Assembly (NCBI RefSeq): GCF_009914755.1
Contig: NC_060939.1
Strand: one strand, 5' to 3'
Source: the human T2T-CHM13v2.0 reference genome, Homo sapiens
Length of the DNA stretch: 64,000 bases
This document shows, piece after piece, positions 15,157-29,552 of this stretch. The number at the start of each line of letters is the position of its first letter. Within the stretch, counting starts at the first letter, position 1. The position numbers and the translations under genes were made by a program. The notes below the pieces were generated by a model that was given only the letters and a program-made list of their open reading frames with translations, was not told the DNA's origin and searched no databases.

Positions 15157-16186
15157 TTTACCTTATGTGTTTGTCTCCTGTGTTATTTGATATTTTGTGT
15201 TCATCATATTTCCTTAATAGGTTATGCCTTTTATCATTACATAGTATATTTCTTTGAAGTGTTTCATGAATCCAAACTTTCATACCTTGGGGTTTGTTGT
15301 TTTGTTATTCTTTGCAGTTGTCGATGTCTTTGCCCAACCCTTAATTTACAGTATTTCACTTTGTCATAGGTATAACTCTTGTATGGGGCATTAAGCTGGG
15401 TTTTGTTTTTTAACCTAGTCTGACATTTGAAAAGGAATTATATCCACTTACATTTCTTGTAATAACTGATCTACTTAATTCCTCCATCTTATATTTAATT
15501 TCAATTTTTTTACATTTTGCTATTGTTTCTTTTTTACCTGTTTTTATATTTTTTTGCTGACCTCGTTAAGTTTCTCTTCTTTTTTTTTATTCCTCCTGGT
15601 AATTTGCAAGGTATTTTTGTTTGTCAAATGTGCTAAACATCACCTTCCTTCCATAACTACTGAAGTTAATGTTGACTCCCCTATTAGCATATCATTATTA
15701 AATAATTATTTCCTCCCACTGTGATATTAATTTCCCTATCCCCTACCATCACACACAGCCACACCTCTTAAATCCAGAGTTTTTCCCAACATCTCATTCT
15801 TTCTGTTCCAATAATCCATACTCACCAATATTTTACAACATCTCAATTACATCATTATCATGATCCATTGTTTCCGATCCTTTCGGTCTTGAGATCTCCA
15901 TTGTTTTCAGTTGTCATTCGGGTAGATAATTTTCTGCAGTGTTTTAATCAGAAAGGCTATAGGGGTAATAAACAGAGTCCTTACCTGTTTCCAAAATAAC
16001 TTTTTTGGAACCAAATAAACAATATTTTCTTAATTATACGCTTCTTTGATTTCAGACCTTTTCTCACAATAGATTTTATTTCACCATCTCTAGCTTTCAG
16101 TTGGCTTTTCTCTATACACTTAATTTTTATCATCTTTCAGCTTTCCATATGGCAGACAAGCATAACACTAGTCCAATTCTCCTTTA

Positions 16187-16335
16187 ATTTTTTTGGCTTT
16201 TTTTTTTTTTCTTTTGTGGAGAACGGGGACTCATTATGTTGTCCAGGCAGGTCTCAGACTCCTGGGCTCAAGCTATCTTCCCAGCTCTTCCTCCCTAAGT
16301 GCTGGGATTACAGGCATGAGCTGCCACACCCAGCT
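16187..16335 (-). pseudogene. BC200 (BCYRN1)-type retrocopy: monomeric Alu domain plus A-rich region, no 3' unique domain
   Basis: Minus strand has BC200-diagnostic GATAGCTTGAG, GAGACCTGCC and CCCCGTTCTCCA (FLAM/Alu have GATCGC, CCAGCC, GTCTCTA); TSD TCTCCTTTA at 16178-16186 and 16335-16343. Confidence 0.82.
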
Positions 16336-16470
16336 CTCCTTTATTTTCAACTAATCAGATTGCTCTATTAGAAAATGTCATTAGTTTAGGGGTTTTTTTA
16401 AGGGAGAATTTTGTTTCGTTTCTGTTTTTGGATTTTTGTTTCGTTTTGTTTTGCTTTGTTTAGTATAAAG

Positions 16471-16800
16471 TGTCATAGGTCAGGTTCCCTGGGAAACATT
16501 CTGAGATGGGGATTTGTGGGCAGGAGGAATTTTACAGAGGAGTGCTCTTGAGAACAATGACTATAAGGAATAAAGAGGCAGGATTGGGCAAAGGGAATAA
16601 CTGAGTAGCTGCGCGCAGCCTTAACAGAGGCCTCAGCTGATCTTATGGGAGCTGAGTTTGAGTTTTCATATTGGGACAAGAGAACCATTCCTTTGTACGT
16701 TGCATCAACCAGTATTGGATATGGACAGCAGTGGGTGGGGAGTTAGGGCGCCCCAGTCCTGAAGGGGGTATCTGGGTGAAACTCCACAGTGTCTAGTACA
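16471..16800 (-). mobile_element. ERVL solo LTR, LTR16-like
   Basis: TG...CA ends; tgtcataggtcaggttccctgggaa...ctgagatggggatt...gaggcctcagctgatcttatgggagct resembles antisense LTR16. Confidence 0.7.
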
Positions 16801-18224
16801 CTGAATAGTCATGAATTTAATGAGGATATGTTGAGTTACATGTTTTTGTTTGGATTTGTTTTGTTTTGTCTTAATTCTTACTTAGACTCAGCTCTTGTAA
16901 TCAGGAAACTAACTTCTTCCTTCAGCTCAGTGAAATGTTCCTTCATTTTGGATATAGTAACCACTTTTCCACCCTTTCCTTTTTCTCTTCTGGATGGCTT
17001 ATTATTTGCATGTTCCATTTCCTGGATCTGTGCTTTAAGTCACCTACGTTTTCACTCATGTGTTTCCATCTTTGCGGCATGTTGTATTTCCTTTTACTTA
17101 ATCCTGCAGCTCTCTAATTCAGTTGTTATCAAGAATTATGCCATTTTTCCCTCATTCATCTAATAGCTATTTCAGTGCAGACATCATGAACGTAGGTCCA
17201 GAAGATCTTTGTGGTGTTTCAATGACACGTCTTTGAGAATGCTCATTATTTTCATCTTCATCTCTCCGTCTCTTCTATCAGCAATGAGTCGTCTGTCCTA
17301 ACCATTTGGGTTTCTCTCCTCTAGTTCCTGAATCCCACTGGAGAAGCCATAGTTTTTCTTGAAGGTCATGTTCTATTAGTTTGTATAGGTCAGATGTTTG
17401 GTTCTGGGCAAGGAGAAAGTCCAAAATGGTAGGGAAGTTTATCTTCCTGTTACCATCTGCTGAGGCACTGAAAGGACTGGCAGGACACCCAACCTACCAG
17501 ATGCAGAAGCTCATCTGCTAGTTTCTGCCTCACTCCTCCAGGGCTACCATGATTAGCAGAAGTAGAGGGTCCTTCCATGGACCACATCCTGATGAAGATA
17601 TGTGAAGGGCTTCCTTCAGGAGGCACACAATCTGCTCTCTTTGCCCAGACCTTGAAAAGAGGCTGGCTTTCTCTTTCTTTGCTCCTTCACCTCTAACTCA
17701 ACCCTCAGATGTCTCAGCATCCCCATTAGCGTCAGGTTCACTATCCCACTGGTGGCCTTGGTACCTCATGGCTTGAAGGGGCTGAAAAGGGAAAAAGTGT
17801 TAGGGGTAGACACTCAGGCACGATCCCCAAAGAATCCCCCTGACCATGTTTTTCTTAGGTTCTTCTTCTGATGTGAGCTGGTCTCATTTTCCTTTTCAAA
17901 TGCTAAGTTTCTTGATAGCAGGATCACATCCCCTCCGCCACTGCATTTCTCTCTGCAGCTACCACAAGTGCCAGGCCATTGTAGACACTCAATAAACAGG
18001 GGCTGGCCTTGACAACAAATCCTGTGATCCTATTTGGTGCATTTCATAACCTTTCTGGCTAAAAGGCACAGTCCAACTGGCTGGAATACCATCTGTGAAA
18101 CATGCCAGAGTATCTAACTCAGGGAGGCCCATGCATGTCTACCCACTTATCTTCCAAGAATCAGGTGATGCTGGAAAACTGAATGCTTAGTGGAGTTGGC
18201 GCCAGTACCTTGGGGGATAAGGAG

Positions 18225-18465
18225 AGGAAGTGTGGCATTGGATTTAGCAAGAGATTGGAGCTCCAATTCCAGTCTTTCCACTTACCAGTCAAATGATTTA
18301 TCTTCTTTGAACTTCAATTTATTCACATATAAAGTAGGTTAAGAAAATAGTCACTTCTTCACAAGGCTGTTACAGGGATTAAAGGAGATCATGAATTAAC
18401 ATGCCTGCTACACAACAAGAGCTCAGTCACTGTGAGCTTCCAGCATTCTTGTTATGACCATTATT
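18225..18465 (+). mobile_element. MIR
   Basis: ccacttaccag...aacttcaatttattcacatataaagtagg...aaggctgttacagggattaaaggaga. Confidence 0.75.
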
Positions 18466-18979
18466 GTTACAGTGGGGAGAGGGAGATAGGCAGGTCAATA
18501 GTTGAGGGGCAGAAACCAGGGAAGAGGAAGAGGAACGGAGAAACGAATGAGAAAGGGAGGACCTTAACTCTGAGTCTTCACCCAGAGATCTTGAAAACAT
18601 TGGTTATTTAAGGAGATTTTAATTCCTTTTCCAGTAATAGTGACATTTCTACAGACTGGGTCTGTATTTTGTTTCCATTTTCCTAAATGATGTCACATCA
18701 AACCTCCTAAGAGAGTGCCTTTCCCACGCAGTCACCTCAAATAAAGACAGAGGGATGGAGTGGATGGGAAGAGGTGAGATGGGGCAGAAGTAATGCAGCC
18801 CCCAGCTCGCCAGCAGGTGCCCATTGTTGGAATTCTTCGGCTGTAATGGTCATTCCCATTTCTCCCATGGAGAAAGACAGCACCTCCTTTGACATTCTTT
18901 GTGGGTAAGGTGAAATCAGGGCAGGAGGAGCCACAGCCCATCACTTTCTGAGTTGACCAGAGATCTCTCAGGGGCAGCC

Positions 18980-19575
<596 letters not shown>

Positions 19576-19751
19576 TGTTGTCATCATTATTGTAAATGCT
19601 ATCCATTAGCTGCCATCATCTTCTTCTCCTTCATCTTCCAGGGATTCTGTTGCGGTATAGCACTTGAGGGCATTTTCTCCCTCCTCATTCCACCACCAAA
19701 CTCTCCTCATTTTTTGGAGGGGGGCATATCTAAGTTTATTTATTTATGCTA

Positions 19752-20997
19752 TTTTTTTTTTTAGCAATTTCAACTTTTAGATTTAGGGGCTACATATGCA
19801 GGTTAGTTAAATGGGTATACTGTGTGATGCTGATGTTTGGGGTATAGATGATCCCATCACCCAGGTAGTGAGCATAGGATTCAATAGGTAGTTTTTTTTA
19901 GCCCATGCTCCCTTTCCTCCCTCCTGCTCTAGCAGTCTACAGTGTTCATTGTTTATGTCCATGCATACTCAATATTTGGCTCCCACTTACATGTGAGAAT
20001 GTGTGCCATTTGGTTTTCTGTTTCTGTGTTAGTTTGTTTAGGATAATGGCCTCCAGCTGCAAACAGGTTGCTGCAAAGGACATGATTTTGTTCTTTTTAT
20101 GGCTGCATAGTATTCCATGACGTATATGTACCACATTATCCAATCCACAGTTGATGGGCACCTAGGTTGATTCCATGTCTTTGCTATTGTGAATAGCTCT
20201 GCAAGGAACATAGAAGTATATATATATCTCTTGGATAGAACAACTTATTTTCCTTTGGGTATATGCCCAGTAATGGGATTGCTGAGTGGAATGCTAGTTC
20301 CATTTTTAAGTTCTCTGAGAAATCTCCAAACTGCTTTCCACAGTGGCTGAAATTGTACATTCCCACCAGCATTGCAGAAGCATTCCCTCTTCTCCACAGC
20401 CTCACCAGCATGTTATTTTTTGACTTTTAATAATAGCCATTCTGACCGGTGTGAGATGGTATCTCACTGTGGTTTTTAATTTACATTTTTCTGATGCTTA
20501 GAGATGTTGAGCATTTTTTCATGTTTTTTGGTTGCTTGTATGTCCTCTTTTGAGAAGAGTCTGTTCCTGTCCTTTGTCCATTTTTTAATGGGTTGTTTGT
20601 TCTTTGCATGTTGAATTGTTTATGTTCCTTATAGATTCTGGATGTTAGACCTTTATAGGATGCATAGTTTGTGAATATTTCCTCCCACTCTGCAGGCTGT
20701 CTGTTTACTCTGTTGATGGAGTCTTTTGTTGTGCAGAAGCTCTTTAGTTTAGTTAGATCCTGCTTATTCATTTTTGCTTTTGTTGCAATTGCCTTTGTGG
20801 ACTTAGCGAAGAATACTTTACAAGGATGATGTCTAGTAAATATTTCCTAGGTTTTCTTCTAGAATTTTTACAGTTTGAGGTCTTACATTTAAATCTTTAA
20901 TCCATCTTAAGTTAATTTTTGTATGTGGTGAAAGACAGGGGTACAGTTTCATTCTTCTGCATATGCCCAGCCAGCGATCCCAGCACCATTTATTGAA
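19752..20997 (-). mobile_element. 5'-truncated L1 (older primate L1PA, PA13-16-like): ORF2 C-terminus and 3' UTR
   Basis: Minus-strand ORF fragments ([29 protein letters not shown]; AIPLLGIYPKE) match L1 ORF2; typical 3' UTR and polyA. Confidence 0.95.
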
Positions 20998-21519
20998 CAC
21001 TCTCCCTGTTTTTGAGACACAGTCATTTTAGTACTTCCATCACATTCTTGCCTCCCCTTGACACTGCTTACCTTTACCATCTTTGTGTTCTGAATCCCTG
21101 CTTCTTCCAGCTAATTTAAATGGGTTCCAACTCTCCCCAGGCCCACAGTGTGCCAAGCACAGTGCTAGATATTCTCACCTACACATATTCTAGGGCTTGG
21201 GGAAGCTGGGTGCAAACATCCATCCATCTCCAAAACCCAGTCCCATCCTATTTTATCAAATTATTTTAAAATATTCCACTCACCTTCCCAACTTTGTTAT
21301 TCATCACTCTTAAACACTGAACTGATTTGCTTACAAGGCAGATCATCTAAATGTTTAAAATAAAGATTCATGCTAACTTAATGTAGCTATGTATGATTCT
21401 CAGTTGTCTGTATCTTTTAATTTTTTAAAAAAGATAGTATGTGAGCTGCTATGTATCATGTAATGTGCCTTCTTGACCAGTGGTAGGTTCTTATTCAAGC
21501 AAATAACCTTAGATAGGAC

Positions 21520-21750
21520 TAGTGACATGAATGTATTTGCTATGTTAAGAGGAAAAGCTGGTTACAAAACATATGTAGAATAGCATGCTATTTTATACAT
21601 CTGCAAAGATATATACCAATGCCATCACATTGGCTAACTTGTAGAAAAGGAAAAAATTATTTTTCAGGGTATTCTTCTTAGTTTTGCTGTTTGTATATTC
21701 TAATTTTTCTTTGTTTTGAGTATGTACTGCTTTTATAATGTCACAAAGAA
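21520..21750 (+). mobile_element. L1ME-type 3' end fragment
   Basis: tatgttaagaggaaaagctggttacaaaacatatgtagaatagcat...tatgtactgcttttataat. Confidence 0.55.
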
Positions 21751-21826
21751 GTACAAGAAACCATATTTTGATGGGAAACATGGTTGGAACTTAGCCAGCT
21801 GAAACCATCCTCAATAAAGCCCTTCG

Positions 21827-22126
21827 TTTTTTGTTTTGTTTTATTTTATTTTTTTAAGATAAAGTCTCACTTTGTTGCCCAGGCTGGAGTGCAGTGGCAT
21901 GATCACTGCAGCCTCGAACTCCTGGGCTCAAGCAATCCTCTTGCTTCAGCCTCCCGAGTAGCTGGGACTACAGGTGTGTGCGACCATGCCAGGCTAATTT
22001 TTGGGGGGGCGAGTAGAGATGGAGTCTTGCTATGTTGTCCAGGTTGGTCTTGAACTCCACAAGCAATCCTCCCATCTTGGCCTCCCAAGGGGCTTGGATT
22101 ACAGGCATGTGCCCCCACACCTGGCC
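21827..22126 (-). mobile_element. Alu (AluJ)
   Basis: Antisense Alu with J-type features (ctcgaactcctgggctcaagcaatcctc). Confidence 0.95.
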
Positions 22127-22820
22127 CTATTAAGCCTTTAATCTGCTGTCTCATCAGGCTGTGCACTTGTCTGAAAGATGGCTCTGTTTATTGTGTCCTA
22201 CCATGTTGTTAATTACTTTGAACTCAAAACATCTGGGTGGCAATGTCTATAGCTATTTAAGATTCTTGTTTTCATGTTTTGAATACACAGAAAGGTATAT
22301 AAAACTTTTTCTGATGATAATGATGAAATCAAGTCCTATGTGTTGAAGGCAAAATTGACTTCCCTAGCTTGGTGCATGAAGAAAAACAAAGGTGGAGCTA
22401 AGTCCTCCCACTCTGCCCCACCAACAGCATCTTAGGATGCAGGGCACACTGAAGGCCCTTGGCCATGTCACAAGCAATCTCAGATGGAGGGTACTTACTC
22501 TCTCAGCCCATTTTCTTCCTTGTATAACTGTGCAGTTTCTTAAACTACCCTTTGCCTAACTACATATTTTAATCACATTCATTAATTTTCAAAGTGCCTA
22601 TTTTTCTTATCATTCTAGAAGTACACTTCATATACTGAAAGCTAATGAGCATGTGTTCAGGAAATAGTGAGGAGTTGAATTTAGATTTTTTATTAAATTT
22701 GTATTTTTTTCTATTTACATTTTTCTGATTAAAAATGTGGCTTGTATTTTGTTTACTTCTACAGGAAACAAAGAGGGTGGTTATGTCTACTCAAAACCAA
22801 GCATGTATCTGAAAAAGTAG

Positions 22821-23249
<429 letters not shown>

Positions 23250-23649
23250 TAGAATGCCACAGTGGAACCGAAAACCTCCTCTCTACTTCAAAAATTAGAA
23301 TAAAATGAATTTAAATTTTTTCTTATACTTTTCTCAGGTGCCTTTGAAAAATATTAAGGGCACTAGGTTAAAGCTATTAAAAGGCATATGTTTGTAAGTA
23401 AGAATTGTAAGAACTGACAGAACCGAATATTAAGAATTACTTTAAAAGCTAAAAACTTTAAAGAAATATTAGCCTGGAAAAGTGGAGAATAAGGGTGATT
23501 TAACAATTAGTTCCAAATAAATAACAGATTGGTAGAGGGTAGACATCTTGTTGCCATCCCACTTAAAGACAAGGACTCTTGAGAATTGCCTTTAGATTCT
23601 ATCATGCCTTTGATCACACATAACACAGTGCTGGACACGTAGTGAATGT

Positions 23650-24510
23650 CCTTCAACACCTCCTATTCAGCATACTTCCCATATGTATGCAGGCACTGTG
23701 TGACTGACCACCTGGGGCAGGTAAACAGAGCTGCACCATGCTGCCACAGAGCTGGAACCAAAGTGTTCTGAGAAGTGTCCACATAACCCAGGCAAGCATC
23801 AAGGAAGAGAAGCTGTGCAGAAAGAGCAACATCTCTAGGAGTAGCTTTTACAAGTGAAGAGAGATTGTGCAAGTGAATAAAAGAAAGTCAGCGATTCCAG
23901 GCAAGGGGAATTGCATGGTCAAAGGCACTAAGGTATAATGTGCCTGGCAAATAGACTTCTGCAGGACTAGAGAGCTGGATTTGTGGAGAGATGGCATAGT
24001 AGAAGCAGGCCCAGGCCACATTAGCAAAAGTTTTTCTTGTACACCATGTTAAAAGTCTGGGTTTTGTCTCCAAGACAATTGTAGAACTCTTACAGTAAGG
24101 ACTCTCTACAGAGAAATGACATAATCTTATTAACATAATAATGTTTAAAATATCACTATAGCAGCAGTATGGAGAATAGAATGGTAAGGAATTAATACTG
24201 GACGCTGTTGCAAGATTCTAGGCAAAAAAATTTTTAGGAACTGAATTAAGACTGTGGCTGTACAGGTAGGGATAAAGAGAAGGAAGCAGAGTCAGGCGAT
24301 GATAAACAGCGCTGGCAGAACTTGTGAATCGCCTTGATGGAGAGGAAAGAGGAAGAGAATCGTCCAAGATGACCCTAGGGTCTTGCATTGAGTGACTGGG
24401 TAGATGGTGGCTTATTTTCCCCAAACAGGCAATACAGGAGGAGACACAGATCTGGGGGGGTCTACCAAGGGAGATAATCCATTTACTTTCCTAGTTGTAG
24501 AACTTAAGAG
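23650..24510 (-). mobile_element. L2 fragment
   Basis: Purine-rich antisense L2 motifs (ccaggcaaggggaattgcatggtcaaaggc; gtccaagatgaccctaggg...tgactgggtagatggtgg). Confidence 0.8.
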
Positions 24511-24534
24511 TACCTCTAAGGAGGAAGTCACATT

Positions 24535-24650
24535 TACTAGCATATAAGAACCATGAGAATGGGGACCTTGTTGGTTTCATTCACTATGTCCTCAGTGCCT
24601 AGCACAGCACACAGCAGATGATAAATCCTGGTAAATTCTAGTCGAATGTG
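24535..24650 (+). mobile_element. L2 3' end
   Basis: tataagaaccatgagaatggggaccttg...ttcactatgtcctcagtgcctagcacag. Confidence 0.75.
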
Positions 24651-25012
24651 TGTTCCTCGACACAGTTTTGGGTCCAGGTCTCAGCTATTATTCAATGCTC
24701 TTTGGTTTTCTTCCATAGAAAAACCTAGAACCTCCTTTGATGTTGACCGAGGTTGTCTTGCCTCCAGAAATAAGAGATTCTGCTCCATGCTGGCGGGGGT
24801 GAGTTACAAAACCATGACTAAGATTCTTAATGGTCCTATCACTCTTCGTTAACACATATAAGCAGGGCTGGTTAATTGTTAACCGACAAAAAAGCAAAAA
24901 CTGCAATAATAAAGTTTGAAGTGGTCAGACAGAGAAGAATTAGTCACTGGAGTGAGCCTCTAATATTGTAATAAGACATGTGGCTTTCAAGTTGCCATTG
25001 AAATGATTAGGA

Positions 25013-25313
25013 GGCAGGGCGTGGTGGTGCATGCCTGTAATTCCAGCACCTTGGGAGGCTGAGGTGGGAGGGTTGCTTGAGCACAAGGGTTTGTGATCAG
25101 CCTGGGCAACATGGCAAGACTCTGTCTCTACAAAAAACTAAAAAATTAGCTATGCATGGTGGCTCACGCCTGTAGTCCCAGCTACTTGGGAGGCTGAGGT
25201 AGGAGGTTCACTTGAGCCTGAGAGATTGAGGCTGCACTTAGCGTGATTGTGCCACTGCACTCCATTGTGGGTTTCAGAGTGAGACCCTGGTCTCAAAAAA
25301 AAAAAAAAAAAAA
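25013..25313 (+). mobile_element. Alu (AluJ)
   Basis: Full Alu with long A tail. Confidence 0.96.
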
Positions 25314-26323
25314 TTAGGGGAACCAAGTATAATTGTTAAGAATGAACATGAGCCAATTTAATTTGGTTTTAGAGTACCAAAAACTCTAAAAGGGATTGTT
25401 GCATTAGAACAAGAAACAGTGAGAAGTACGTAGATCAAATAAAAACCTGGAAAAAACTTTAAGAAAAAAGAAAGAAAATCTAATAAATGGCACTGCTACT
25501 TGGAGAAGTTGGAGCAAATCTTCCTTGCCAGGGAAGCTTGAATTACCTGCATATCTCTTTAAGCATTTTCATGTACAAATCAAACACAGATGGCCCATTA
25601 CGTTTATGACCTCACTGTCGATTACTCTAGATGGAGCATGCATTAATTATTGAAATATTTTCATAGTATACAAGTTTTTAGTGGGCTACATTGCCACAGA
25701 TAATTTCAACTTTCTGATTAGAAGCTGGTATAAACAATTTTATTTATGAGAATTAATCTCTTAAATGTAGTAAACACTACGAATACAGTAGTGATTTTTT
25801 TTTTTCCCATTTAACAAAGCCAAACTAGGAATCCTGGCCTCTATCCTTGAAACTCAGCGTTATGTTAGCATTGCATACAATACATAAACTCTGCCAAAAT
25901 CTATTACAATTGTAGTAAATTTTGATTACCGGAGTTGTTTGTTATTTATGTCTACAAGATAAAGATAATGTTGGGAATAGCCCTCTTCTATTCAATGTAT
26001 AAATTACTTCCATAAAATATCTTGTTTTGTAAACAGTAAAAAAAGAAAAAAAGACTAAACTTGGTTGAAGCTTCAAATTGTTGCATCTACTTTAGTTCAA
26101 GTCAATAAACACTTTAGATGATGTAGAAGTCCATGGAAGGGTTTAGACTTTTAATGGTGCCCTGGTTTATCTCTGGCATGATAAACAAAATGCTGGGGCC
26201 ATTCACTGTTAAAGAACAATAAAAACATTCCAGTGAAGGAGTGCTCGGAGAGAAGGCATGTGGAGAAACATTTTGCAGGACCTTAAGGAAGACACGTATT
26301 TTCTATCATTCTGGAAGAAAGCT

Positions 26324-26590
26324 ATTCATTCAACAAACATCAACTGAGCACCTATTCTGTGCTGGGGACTTTTCTAAGCATTTGTAGTGCTTTGGGAGGG
26401 AAAACTAAACTCTCTTTCTGCCAGGTATAGATTCTAGCAGAATTGATTACCTTCTTAAATCCTCTTTGCACAGAGAAGGAAGCTGAAGCTTAGCAAAGTG
26501 AACTAAGTAACCAGAGATTACCCACACAGAAGGCAGTGAAGCTGAATAAGAGCCCGGGCCATGTGGCTCCAGAGCCCCTATTCTTCACCT
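26324..26590 (-). mobile_element. L2 tail plus MIR fragments
   Basis: attcattcaacaaacatcaactgagcacctattctgtgct; gaagctgaagcttagcaaagtga...ggctccagagccc. Confidence 0.65.
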
Positions 26591-27799
26591 ACCGTATCTC
26601 AGTTGCCTTCACCATTTTCAACCTTTTTCTGGCTCAAAGGTCTATTAATCTGGGTCATTGTGAATTTATATTTAAAAGTAGGCAGCTGGACTTCCTTCAG
26701 TCTAGGTCTTCATTTAGGTCAGTTAACTTTTAAAAAATAGTTATCTGTATTTCTTCTTTCTGAAATTCACCATAGGAAAGAATGTTCAGGCAAAGAATGG
26801 CACAAATAAGATAGGCATCGCAGAAATGCTGATTTCACAGTCCAGTGGGATATGGTGGCCCAAGAAGCAGCAAGCAAGGTCAACATGCAATTATTGGTTT
26901 CTTTCTCTGGCCAAAGACAAACAGGTATAGAAAATTATACTTCTAGCAACACACAGATAGCAGCGCTGATGGCACTGTGATTTCACAATGGGTTGCACAA
27001 CACAAAAGAGAGAAATTCCTGCATACCTCGGGGACAACTAAGGCTGGAATAATACGATCCTCAACCAGAATCGTGCAAGAAGATGGAAATTTAGCATATG
27101 TATTAGGCGAGAATCTTCTACCAGTGAGTAATGCTTACATATAAGACTCCTCTAGCAAACATTTATAAGACACACTGCTAATGGAGAGAATTCATGTAGA
27201 AATTAACGATATATTAATTAATTCAATGCTGTTCAATTAATTTTGGATATTCATTTCATTAAATTAAAAAGTAATGCATTTTCCTACTGCTCACAATAAA
27301 ACTCTCTCAAGTTTGTTTAGCACTTTATACATTTAAAAACTCTGTTGCTACTGGTGGAAGAGGGAAGATCAGAGACATCTGACAACTTGTCTGAGATCAT
27401 GTCAAATTTGGCAGGGAAGAGCCTAGAACCCAGAGTTACTGATTTACAAGGTCAGTCCTTGGAGATTCTTTCACATTATTCTTATCTGATCCCCAATAAA
27501 GCAGGTATTATCGTGTTCACTGATCATAGGAGAGCCTGAGGCTTAGGGATGTAGAACAAGTCAATGCTCAATTCCTTTCCAAAAAAAATGTAACTGTGCA
27601 TACAAATTCTATTAAGCGTGTGTTGGTAAGAGGGCATGGTTATTGCGAGCCAAGGTGTGCAAGGACAGAACATAAAATATGCAATAATGTACACGGTAAA
27701 GAAGTTCTACCATGGTAGAAGTAATTAATTTTATCTAGAATAAAAAAAAAGGTCCAACCAATTATAAATACAACTGACTGTAAAAACTATAATGATATT

Positions 27800-28101
27800 G
27801 GTTGGGCGCGGTGGCTCATACCTGTAATCCCAGCACTTTGGGAGGCCAAGGCAAGCAGATCACTTGATGTCAGGAGTTCGAGACCAGCCTGGTCATGGTG
27901 AAACCCTGACTTGACTTAAAAAATGCAAAAATTAGGCAGGTGTGGTGGTGGGTGCCTGTAGTTCCAGCTACTCAGGAGGCTGAGGCAGGAGAATCGCTTG
28001 AATGTGGGAGTCAGAGGTTATAATGAGTGAGCTGACATCACACCACTGCACTCCAGCACGGGTGACAGAGCGAGACTCTGTATTAAAAAAAATAATAAAA
28101 A
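27800..28101 (+). mobile_element. Alu (AluS)
   Basis: Full Alu; TSD AACTATAATGATATTG. Confidence 0.97.
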
Positions 28102-28179
28102 AGAACTATAATGATATTGTGCATTGTGACTGGTTATGTAGTGTCTGATGCTATGGTTCCTTATGAGATCATGCAATAC

Positions 28180-28470
28180 AATTACCTTGGACACCTGGAA
28201 AAAAGCAGAGTCTTGTACCTATGGAATCAGACACTTTGGACATAGAGGGCATAAATCTGGTTTTTAGAAAGCTGTATTAGGGGCCCATGGTCTAAAATCT
28301 TGCTATTCAAAGTACAGCCCATGAGCCTGCAGCATCAGTGTCACCTGGGAGTCTCTTAAGGATGCAGAAACTAAAACCCAACCCCAGATCTACTGACTCA
28401 GAATCTGCATTTGGTTAAATAACAAGATCCCCTGGTGATTTCCTCTTGACTTTACAGTTTGAAGAGACTA
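28180..28470. mobile_element. MER5-family (hAT-Charlie) elements
   Basis: gcagcatcagtgtcacctgggag...ccccagatctactgactcagaatctgcattt...aacaagatcccctggtgatt. Confidence 0.8.
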
Positions 28471-29004
28471 CAGTTTGCTGGCTTATGGCATCCCTTCCTA
28501 CCACACATTCACCTTATCAGAAAAAAAAAAAAAATAAGTCAGCATGACTTGAGCTGTTTTTAGTGAATCCATGAGGGATCTAAGCGAACTGTTTCTATTT
28601 CCAACTTCCTTCTCAGTCTAATGTTCTAGATTTCCATCATCGTCTGATAAAGGTTTACCAAATATCCAATTAAAAATGTATCCTAAATTCTGTTGAAGCT
28701 CAACAACTAATTCATGGGCCATCAAGTGTTTCATTTCCAAAATTCACCTTCAGAATATTTTTTTAAAGTAAAAACCTCATTTGCATGTCTCTAAATTTCC
28801 ACTAATTCTTCCATTTTTTACAATTCCTCAAAGACTAGTAAGGTGCATTGGCAATCCCATTGGCTAGTTTTCTTTGTCCTCTCATAAGATAATCAATCTA
28901 TAAAAAATCAGGATATCTGGGTGTGTTTTTAGTAGCAGGAATAGCTATGATGAGTTCTACCCTTATACTGAGGCTTCAGGTTTCTCTTATAAGTGTTTGT
29001 TTAA

Positions 29005-29305
29005 GGCTGGGCGCGGTGGTTCACGCCTGTAATCCCAGCACTTTGGGAGGCCAAGGTGGGTGGATCAACTGAGGTCAGACGTTCAAGACCAGTCTGACCA
29101 ACATGGAGAAACCCCGTCTTTACTAAAAATACAAAATTAGCCGGGCATGGTGGCGCATGCCTGTAATCCCAGCTGCTTGGGAAGGCTGAGGCAGGAGAAT
29201 CGCTTGAACCTGGGAGGTGGAGGTTGTGGTGAGCCGAGATCGCGCCATCGTACTTCAGCCTGGGCAACAAGAGCAAAACTTCGTCTCAAAAAAAAAAAAA
29301 AAAAA
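29005..29305 (+). mobile_element. Alu (AluSp-like)
   Basis: Full Alu; TSD AAGTGTTTGTTTAA. Confidence 0.97.
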
Positions 29306-29552
29306 AAGTGTTTGTTTAAACCAGTCTCTTCAAGTGAAATCAGGGTGGTTTTTAAGTTTGCCCATCTCAAGTTCCTTGTTTGCAACAGCAATGTGTGCTC
29401 TTCCCTAGTTTTGGGGGAACCCCTCCAGCTGCCTTTCTGAGGCTAGGAAAAGACAGAATCCTCTTTCTCTGATCCAGCTCTCACCACTCAGCTAGGAGTA
29501 ATACAGCTACTGTAATGCTTGAAATTCAATGTCCACTCAATATAACATTAAC

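Larger units (their letters stand above)
13575..17450 (-). mobile_element. Large degraded L1M element carrying nested insertions
   Basis: T-rich plus strand with antisense L1 ORF2 motifs (gtaaaaccatctgggtctggtg; ctagttttactgcattatgatcaga; taacctagtctgaca); boundaries approximate. Confidence 0.7.

Noticed and set aside
19905-20771. ORFs with L1 ORF2-like peptides
   Set aside because: Frameshifted fragments of a dead, 5'-truncated L1
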